Positions 52,537 to 59,646 of a stretch of 64,000 nucleotides of DNA are shown one piece after another. The stretch is from Nitrospirales bacterium (lineage in GTDB: Bacteria; Nitrospirota; Nitrospiria; Nitrospirales; UBA8639): NCBI GenBank assembly GCA_965223295.1, contig CBDCWC010000002.1:160001-224000 (forward strand), given 5' to 3'. The first letter of the stretch is position 1; the number at the start of each line of letters is the position of its first letter. The position numbers and the translations under genes are program-made. The notes under the pieces are model-generated. The model searched no databases and had not been told where the DNA came from. It worked only from the letters and a program-made list of their open reading frames with translations.

Positions 52537-52795
52537 ATAGTAGTTCTTAGGCTGAGGTTAGATGATCAATGAGAGAAGAAACTTAAGGGCACCTCTAAAA
52601 ACTGTCCTTTTTCCCGATGGCGGCGTCAGCGGCGTGCTCAAATCCTCATGTATTGGCCCATACACTGCGGTTTTCCGCCCGCCGCTTCCTTGCCCTCAGA
52701 AAAACCTTCAGTTTTTAGAGGTGCCCTTAAGCGACTTTCTAGGAAAACGGAACGTCCCAAGAACTTATTTTTTGAAGAAAGCGCTAGGTGTTTAA
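52537..52795 (+). pseudogene. Ribbon-helix-helix antitoxin remnant interrupted by MITE B
   Basis: After removing the MITE and one TTAA: IVVLRLRLDDQ*EKKLKRLSRKTERP then RTYFLKKAL in a shifted frame; RBS GGAGG before ATA; inverted repeat GTATTACAATATAATAC upstream. Confidence 0.65.
52587..52726 (+). mobile_element. MITE family B, 140 bp
   Basis: Perfect TIRs GGGCACCTCTAAAAACTG/CAGTTTTTAGAGGTGCCC; 4-bp duplication TTAA. Confidence 0.92.
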
Positions 52796-53091
52796 AGTTT
52801 ATTTCAGAAAATCTGTGGAGAAAAAATCTTAAGGCATTATCCAAAGCTGACCCCCAAAAGTTGTTAGACCAAATTGGAAAGGTGCTCGCAAAAGATCCCT
52901 GCTCGGGAAAAGTGCTAGGCGAAGAATTCAAAGGATTATACTGTTGGAGAACCGGTCGATTCCGTGTGATTTATGAAATTCAAAAAGATGTGTTTGTTCT
53001 CCTTCTCCTAAAAATTAGTCATCGAAAAGACACCTACCGATGTATAGTTGATGAGAATGTTTCGACTCAAAAAGAGCATTTATTTGCCTAG
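52788..53091 (+). pseudogene. RelE/StbE-family toxin, frameshifted
   Basis: GTG FKVYFRKSVEK, shift in the A6 run 52821-52826, then NLKAL...LGEEFKGLYCWRTGRFRVIYEI...ISHRKDTYR. Confidence 0.8.
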
Positions 53092-53101
53092 AATGGATTG
53101 A

Positions 53102-53440
53102 TTGAATAACGAATCCCCACCAGCAAAGACTCGCGAAACTCAGCCTAAACGATCGTCTTATGGACATTGGCATGAGAACATTCGTTTGATGGCCGTGCTC
53201 CTCTTGATCTGGTTTGTGGTTTCTTATCTGCTTGGCATTGTCTTTGTTGAGCCGTTGAACCAATTTCATTTTGGTGGTTTCCCTCTAGGCTTTTGGTTTG
53301 CTCAACAGGGATCGATCTTTGTTTTTATCGTCTTGACACTTGTCTATGCATTAGGGATGGATCGAATCGATCGGCGTTACGGTGTCAACGATGGGCCTGC
53401 TCCGAGTTGTTCCAAAAGTTCTTCGGAGACGCCTGAGTGA
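53102..53440 (+). CDS. DUF4212 small subunit of a sodium:solute symporter
   Basis: LLIWFVVSY, GGFPLGFWFAQQGSI. Confidence 0.9.
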   Translation: MNNESPPAKTRETQPKRSSYGHWHENIRLMAVLLLIWFVVSYLLGIVFVEPLNQFHFGGFPLGFWFAQQGSIFVFIVLTLVYALGMDRIDRRYGVNDGPAPSCSKSSSETPE

Positions 53441-55140
53441 GCATTCAGGCGTGGACGTATCTGCTCGTTGGCCTCACGTTTACCATCTACATCGGTATAG
53501 CCATCTGGAGCCGTGTTGTGTCTACCTCCGGCTTTTATGTCGCGGGGCGTGGTGTCCCGCCGCTGGCAAATGGGATGGCGACTGCTGCCGACTGGATGAG
53601 TGCGGCGTCGTTTATTTCGATGGCAGGCCTTATCTCGTTCATGGGCTATACGGGTACGATTTATCTTATGGGGTGGACAGGTGGCTATGTGCTTCTCGCT
53701 CTCCTCCTTGCCCCATACTTGCGTAAATACGGCCGTTATACCATTCCCGAATTTGTCGGTGATCGCTACTATTCGCAAACGGCACGTGTGATAGCCGTCT
53801 TTTGCGCCATTTTTGTGTCCTTTACCTATGTGGCAGGGCAAATGCGCGGGGTTGGCGTGGTCTTTTCACGTTTCCTGGAAGTAGACGTGAACATTGGGGT
53901 CATTATCGGTGTGGCCATTGTGTTTTTTTATGCCGTAGTGGGTGGAATGCGCGGCATTACCTATACGCAAGTCGCGCAATTCTGTGTGCTCATTGTCGCG
54001 TATTTAATTCCCGCCGTGGCGATTTCCTGGAAAATGACCGGCTGGGCTATTCCTCAAATTGGGTTTGGCTCGACCATGATTGAAGGTCAGTATGCGGGCA
54101 TGGCGCTTCTTGAAAGGCTTGATATGATTCACCGTGACTTAGGACTTCCTGAATATACAGGCGCATGGGTCGATGGGAAAAAGAGCCTGGTCGATGTTCT
54201 GGCGATTACGATGGCGCTGATGGTTGGGACGGCAGGGCTGCCGCATGTGCTGATTCGCTTCTACACCGTTCCCAACGCACGTGCAGCTCGGTGGAGTGCC
54301 ATGTGGGCCTTGATCTTTATTGGACTCCTTTATACCACTGCGCCGGCGGTGAGTGCATTTGCCCGGGTGAATATGATTGAGACCCTTCATATGCAACCGT
54401 ACACGGATGCACCAGCATGGTTTAAAAGTTGGGAAGGAACAGGCCTGATTGTCTTCAATGACCGTAATGGCGACGGCCTCATTCAGTATAGTGGCAATGC
54501 CGTGGCGAACGAACTCACTGTTGATCGAGATATCATGGTTCTGGCTAATCCAGAGATTGCGAAACTTCCGGCATGGGTTGTGGCGCTTGTAGCGGCAGGT
54601 GGGCTCGCCGCCGCTCTCTCGACCGCTGCGGGCTTACTACTGGTAATCTCGGCGTCCGTATCACATGATTTGCTGAAATCGGTACTGTGGAAAAATATGC
54701 CGCAAAATGTGGAATTGCGCATGGCGCGTGTCGCGGCCGCCTTTGCCGTCGTTGTAGCTGGGATTCTTGGCATTTATCCACCAGGCTTTGTTGCACAAGT
54801 GGTGGCGTTTGCTTTCGGGTTGGCCGCCGCCAGTTTTTTCCCAATCTTATTGCTTGGAATTTTTGACAAGCGTACGACCAAGGAAGGAGCGATCGCAGGG
54901 ATGATTCTTGGTATCGGGTTTACTGCAGCCTATATTATCTGGTTTCGTTTTGTTGATCCAACGGCTGCTGCCGAACAATGGCTGTTTGGGATCAGCCCCG
55001 AAGGCATTGGTTCTATTGGGATGATGCTCAATTTCATTGTAGCGATCAGCGTCAGCCGTTTCACTGCATCACCACCGATGGATGTTCAACATATGATTGA
55101 AGACATTCGTCTCCCAGGTGGGACTCGGGACTTGGCATGA
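53437..55140 (+). CDS. Sodium:solute symporter (ActP-like cation/acetate family)
   Basis: NGMATAADWMSAASF, GWTGGY, GTAGLPHVLIRFYTV, AAGGLAAALSTA. Confidence 0.95.
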   Translation: MSIQAWTYLLVGLTFTIYIGIAIWSRVVSTSGFYVAGRGVPPLANGMATAADWMSAASFISMAGLISFMGYTGTIYLMGWTGGYVLLALLLAPYLRKYGRYTIPEFVGDRYYSQTARVIAVFCAIFVSFTYVAGQMRGVGVVFSRFLEVDVNIGVIIGVAIVFFYAVVGGMRGITYTQVAQFCVLIVAYLIPAVAISWKMTGWAIPQIGFGSTMIEGQYAGMALLERLDMIHRDLGLPEYTGAWVDGKKSLVDVLAITMALMVGTAGLPHVLIRFYTVPNARAARWSAMWALIFIGLLYTTAPAVSAFARVNMIETLHMQPYTDAPAWFKSWEGTGLIVFNDRNGDGLIQYSGNAVANELTVDRDIMVLANPEIAKLPAWVVALVAAGGLAAALSTAAGLLLVISASVSHDLLKSVLWKNMPQNVELRMARVAAAFAVVVAGILGIYPPGFVAQVVAFAFGLAAASFFPILLLGIFDKRTTKEGAIAGMILGIGFTAAYIIWFRFVDPTAAAEQWLFGISPEGIGSIGMMLNFIVAISVSRFTASPPMDVQHMIEDIRLPGGTRDLA

Positions 55141-55394
55141 TTGAACAAGCCAAAGATTACTGAAATCCTCTGTATGTTAACAACTGTCTCGATTTTTAAA
55201 TATTGGTTTTTTTGTCTTGGAGAGGAGAAATCATTTGCAAGAAACTAGTCTTTTAGTATATGTTCTCGGTTTAAAATTTTCATCCCACCTGCGTTTTGAA
55301 CTCTTAAAGAGTAACATGAGTATGCCCGATTAGAGCAAAAGGCATGGATGCGATTGCTGCAATACCTTCAGTCGAAAGAGAGGAATAGCAAGAT

Positions 55395-56402
55395 ATGAAG
55401 ACTGATGCTTCTACGGTTTCTGGAATACGGCGACTACTCTCGTTTCTGAGAAAAATAGGGTTATCTTGGTTTGATGGTGATGCCGAGGCTGGGCTGGTGC
55501 TGGATCCCCAGAGCAAGCAAATGGATCGAGTTCGTACGATTCCATTTTTTCTCATGCACCTGGCTGTGCTCACAGTGATAGTGGTGGGCTGGAGCCCGGT
55601 GGCCATTGCAACTGCTGTCTTGTTGTATGTTGTACGTATGTTTGCGATTACAGGGTTTTATCATCGATATTTTTCCCATCGAACATTTCGGACGTCTCGA
55701 GGGATGCAGTTCGTCTTTGCCTGTATTGGAGCGTCTGCCGCACAACGGGGTCCATTATGGTGGGCGGCCAATCATCGTGTGCACCATGCGAATTCTGATA
55801 AACCAGAAGATGTTCATTCTCCGGTGCACCATGGTTTGTGGTGGAGTCATATGGGCTGGTTTTTGGCACAAAACCAACTGGCGACCAAGTTGAATCGCAT
55901 CAAAGATTTTGCACGCTATCCTGAATTACATTTCCTCAATCGCTATGATGTCCTGGTGCCTATCATTTTGGCTGTTGGCGTATTTTTGGTGGGTGAAGTG
56001 CTCGCTTCTTTCTATCCGAATTTAGGGACAAATGGCTGGCAGATGCTCGTGTGGGGTTTTGTGATTTCCACGGTCGCTCTGTGGCACGGGACCTTTACGA
56101 TTAATTCCTTGTCGCATCGTTTCGGTACACGACGGTATGCGACTGGGGACCATAGTCGAAATAATTTTGCCTTAGCGCTCCTGACTATGGGTGAGGGGTG
56201 GCATAATAATCATCATCAATATCCCAGCGCCGCTCGGCAGGGATTTCGATGGTGGGAAATTGATCTGACCTATTATCTTCTGCGAGGGCTGCAATTTTTC
56301 GGGGTGATTTGGGACGTTCGTCCGGTTCCGTCTTGGGTCTTGAATCAGCCGACTCCAGACCAAATGAGTAAAGATCCCGACTCCGAAAAAATTGCGGTAT
56401 AA
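55395..56402 (+). CDS. Delta-9-type fatty acid (acyl-CoA) desaturase
   Basis: His boxes HRYFSH, HRVHH and GEGWHNNHH; WWEID. Confidence 0.95.
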   Translation: MKTDASTVSGIRRLLSFLRKIGLSWFDGDAEAGLVLDPQSKQMDRVRTIPFFLMHLAVLTVIVVGWSPVAIATAVLLYVVRMFAITGFYHRYFSHRTFRTSRGMQFVFACIGASAAQRGPLWWAANHRVHHANSDKPEDVHSPVHHGLWWSHMGWFLAQNQLATKLNRIKDFARYPELHFLNRYDVLVPIILAVGVFLVGEVLASFYPNLGTNGWQMLVWGFVISTVALWHGTFTINSLSHRFGTRRYATGDHSRNNFALALLTMGEGWHNNHHQYPSAARQGFRWWEIDLTYYLLRGLQFFGVIWDVRPVPSWVLNQPTPDQMSKDPDSEKIAV

Positions 56403-56522
56403 GAATCCCATCAGCCTGAGAAGGTCTTTCTTCTCTCTCCTCTGGCAGATCACACTATTGTTGAACCCGTCTCCTAGATTCTAGCTTTAGCAATCTGCTA
56501 GCTAAAAAGAAGTTTACCATCT

Positions 56523-56713
56523 GGGCCTGTTGAAAAAAGCCGCCATTGGCGTTCTCGCCATTGTTCCGTGCTCACTTACTGTCAGTACGCTCCCCGCGCT
56601 AAAACGGCTGTGGCCTTGCTGGGCGGACTTTTTTGAACCGACCCGACGTTGTTGATCGCCAAGGGCCTCCTGGCGAAATATGGCCCTTGATATCTTCATT
56701 ATTCAACACTCCC
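56523..56713 (-). mobile_element. MITE family A, 191 bp
   Basis: GGGCCTGTTGAA...TTCAACACTCCC; 5-bp duplication CATCT. Confidence 0.92.
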
Positions 56714-56934
56714 CATCTGAGATTCTTGTGGAACAGTTTTGGGACACTTTTGTGTCTTAAGCAATGGGATCGTGTGTATCAAGGACGCAGTAGTTTATCT
56801 GTTCCATTGAGTCAGCAGAATTTTTTGGCACGAAAAATAAGTGAAAATTCCTTCTCGCTTAATATGGCATGCTTTTTGAGTAATCCATTGATTGTCAATC
56901 GAAAATTTTGAACCTTCAACCAAAGGATTGCACA

Positions 56935-57330
56935 GTGAAACGAATTTTGATTGTCGATGATGATCCCGACCATCGGTTATATTTACGAACAATATTTGAG
57001 GCTAAAGGCTATGGGTGCGAAGAAGCTCGGGATTGTTGGAAGGCGTTGGTTAAGCTCAAAACAGAGCATATCTCACTTGTCTTAACCGATCTACATATGC
57101 GTGGGATGAGTGGCCTCCAGCTCATTGAGCAAATGAGAGAGTTGTCATGGTCTCGATCGATACCCGTCATGATTATGACCAGCCAATTTGTGTCTGATAT
57201 TTCTTCTCAGGCCCTCCAGCTTGGGGTATGTGCCGTGATAGAGAAACCCTACGACTCGCCTAAACTTTTGAAAAAAATTGAATCGTTCATTGGAACATCA
57301 GAAATACTGTGTAGCCCATCAATAGCGTAG
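56935..57330 (+). CDS. Stand-alone CheY-like receiver
   Basis: ILIVDDD, VLTDLHM, IEKP; possible sigma54 site TGGCATGCTTTTTGA near 56866. Confidence 0.88.
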   Translation: MKRILIVDDDPDHRLYLRTIFEAKGYGCEEARDCWKALVKLKTEHISLVLTDLHMRGMSGLQLIEQMRELSWSRSIPVMIMTSQFVSDISSQALQLGVCAVIEKPYDSPKLLKKIESFIGTSEILCSPSIA

Positions 57331-57342
57331 CTTTGGCGTAAT

Positions 57343-57535
57343 CAGAGTGTTAACACGTTCAAGAAGGAGAGACTCGGCCAAGTTTCGTTTCTGCGACGTC
57401 ACAGGTCAGAGGCCGCGGGTCTGTTCAAAAAAGTCCGCTCTCCTGCGCGAAGCCATTTCAGCCTTCGTAGCCACTGCGGCGAAGGAGGCCCGGCGAAGGC
57501 AGGGTACGCCGCTGGCGACTTTTCTTAACAGACTC
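57343..57535 (+). mobile_element. MITE family A, degenerate copy with its core replaced by nested hairpins
   Basis: GGGTCTGTTCAAAAAAGTCCG...TTAACAGACTC; nested insert 57442-57503. Confidence 0.75.
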
Positions 57536-57637
57536 ATGTGAAACGGGGCAGAGTCAACTAGTATAGGCATTTACTTGTGGCAGGCTAGGGTCGGTTTGGC
57601 TTCGCGAAAATTTCTGAGGAATGGAAAAGTGGAAACT

Positions 57638-58027
57638 CTATGGAGTTTCCAGTATACGAACGATTTCTGAGAGAAGTTCTTGCTCATTGTAGGGTTTCGG
57701 AAATATTGCCAGTAATCCCGTCTTACGTGCTTCACGATAGAGGCGATCAGATGGCTGCCCTGTGAGAAGAATGATGGGTGTTCGTTGGTTGAGGGGGGTT
57801 GTTGCGAGAGATTGAGCCATTTCCAAACCCGTCATGACAGGCATGGCATTGTCTGTAATGATTAAATCAAACTGCTTGATTTTTAAAGTATTCAGAGCCT
57901 CTAACCCATTAACACTTTCCTGGCAGGAATACCCCTGCATTTCAAGTGTTTCTCGAAGTACGAGTCGTCCTGGTTGGAAATCATCAACAATAAGGATTCG
58001 CTTCATGCCCACAGCCTGGGTTTGCAA
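57638..58027 (-). CDS. Stand-alone CheY-like receiver
   Basis: ILIVDD, IITDNAMPVMTG, FPKP. Confidence 0.9.
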   Translation of the reverse strand: MQTQAVGMKRILIVDDFQPGRLVLRETLEMQGYSCQESVNGLEALNTLKIKQFDLIITDNAMPVMTGLEMAQSLATTPLNQRTPIILLTGQPSDRLYREARKTGLLAIFPKPYNEQELLSEIVRILETP

Positions 58028-58047
58028 GTGACACCTCTAATATTGAC

Positions 58048-58440
58048 TTACCGTGAGTGTATCTGTTGGCGACTGACCCTCGAGGAAAAAGTTGTCGAAC
58101 ATTTTTGGGATAAGAGATCGATGTCAATTGGTTTAAGCAAATAATCTTGCGCTCCCTGTCCAATCGTCTGAATCAATGTATTCTTGTTCGCTTCTGCGCT
58201 CATGACGATGACAGGGATATTCGAATGCATTTCACGGACTTGTTCCAACATCTCCAATCCGTCCATGACCGGCATCTGAATATCCAGCAGAATGCCATCG
58301 ATAGGCATTTGCTCCAGTAGGGCGAGTCCCTCAGCTCCGTTCTTGGCCACGGTTGAATAGTAGCCGAGAAACGTCAGGCGATCCTTCAACATGAGGCTGA
58401 TATCCTCTTCATCTTCAACGATCAAAAGTGAAAGTGCCAT
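58048..58440 (-). CDS. Stand-alone receiver
   Basis: LIVEDE, LLDIQMPVMDG, YLLKP. Confidence 0.9.
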   Translation of the reverse strand: MALSLLIVEDEEDISLMLKDRLTFLGYYSTVAKNGAEGLALLEQMPIDGILLDIQMPVMDGLEMLEQVREMHSNIPVIVMSAEANKNTLIQTIGQGAQDYLLKPIDIDLLSQKCSTTFSSRVSRQQIHSR

Positions 58441-58597
58441 GCCTTGGTTTAGAGCTTGTGTAAGCTTAACTTTAATCCTAACTTTTTAAAGGTATTCCAC
58501 GAAGCCATAAAGAGACCATTCATATTTTTGGCAATGGTTGTAAAGATTTCATAAAGATTCTGTTGAAGGAACGAGTTGAACCGAAAACAAATAGTTT

Positions 58598-58788
58598 GAG
58601 AGTGTTGAATAGTGAAGATATCAAAGGCCATATTTCGCCAGGAGGCCCTTGGCGATCAACAACGTCGGGTCGGTTCAAAAAAGTCCGTCCAGCAAGGCCG
58701 CAGCCTTTTTTGCGCGCGGAGCATACTGGCATTATGTGAGCACGGAACAATCGCGAGAACACCGCTGGCGGGTTTTTTCAACAGACTC
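58598..58788 (+). mobile_element. MITE family A, 191 bp
   Basis: GAGAGTGTTGAA...TTCAACAGACTC; flanks AGTTT/AGTTG (4 of 5 match). Confidence 0.9.
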
Positions 58789-58935
58789 AGTTGGGATGAG
58801 CCGTATGTCCGAGACCATTCTTCTCGCAGAGGGATTGTTCTTGTACAAGGAAGAGAGGGGATTGTTGGCAGGAAGACCGTGCAAACTTTGAAAATCTTGA
58901 GAAAAATGATGAGGAGTGGTGTGGAAAGAAACTTC

Positions 58936-59646
58936 TTAGGTCTTTTCCTCCTCTATCTGATGGTTAAAACGGTATCCGACTCCGGGGTCGGTCAGAATGA
59001 ATTGCGGGCGGGCAGTATTACGTTCCAGTTTCTTTCTGAGTTGACCAATGAACACCCGAAGATATTGTGCTTGATCGGAGTAGGTCTCCCCCCAGATAGC
59101 GGTGAGGAGGGTGCGGTGGGTGAGAACTTTTCCGGCATATTGAATCATATATTTTAAGAGATCATACTCGGTCGGGGTCAGCTTCACGGGTTCGTGATCA
59201 AGCCGTACCTCTCGTCGCTCAAAGTTGATGGAAAGTGCTCCGGTTTTAAACACTGGTTGGGTGCCAGATACAATGATCGTCCGGCGTAAGGCTGAACGAA
59301 CTCTGGCGAGCACTTCTTCCATGCCAAAGGGTTTCGTGACATAGTCATCTGCCCCGCATTCAAGCGCTTCGACTTTTTTGCGCTCATCTCCCAGGGCTGA
59401 AAGTATGATGATGGGAACAGGCGATTGTTTGCGGATATGGCGCGTGAGTTCAATGCCATCCATGGATGGCAGAAGAAGGTCGATAATCACAAGATCTGGT
59501 TTCCAGCGAGTCATCGTTTCGATGGCTTCTTCCCCAGAAGAGGCCGAGAGTACAGCGTAGTGTTTTGACTCCAAATTCACTTGTAATGAACGGCGAATTT
59601 GCGGTTCGTCATCAACCACGAGAATCCGCGCGCCTTGATGACTCAT
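58936..59646 (-). CDS. OmpR-family response regulator (KdpE-like)
   Basis: VVDDEPQIRR, GADDYVTKPFG, LTPTEY, GKVLTH, YLRVFIGQLRKKLE, TDPGVGYRF. Confidence 0.93.
   Translation of the reverse strand: MSHQGARILVVDDEPQIRRSLQVNLESKHYAVLSASSGEEAIETMTRWKPDLVIIDLLLPSMDGIELTRHIRKQSPVPIIILSALGDERKKVEALECGADDYVTKPFGMEEVLARVRSALRRTIIVSGTQPVFKTGALSINFERREVRLDHEPVKLTPTEYDLLKYMIQYAGKVLTHRTLLTAIWGETYSDQAQYLRVFIGQLRKKLERNTARPQFILTDPGVGYRFNHQIEEEKT

Noticed and set aside
52648..53091. 147-aa ORF as an intact novel toxin
   Set aside because: Its N-terminal part is MITE B and antitoxin remnant; only the C-terminal part is RelE.
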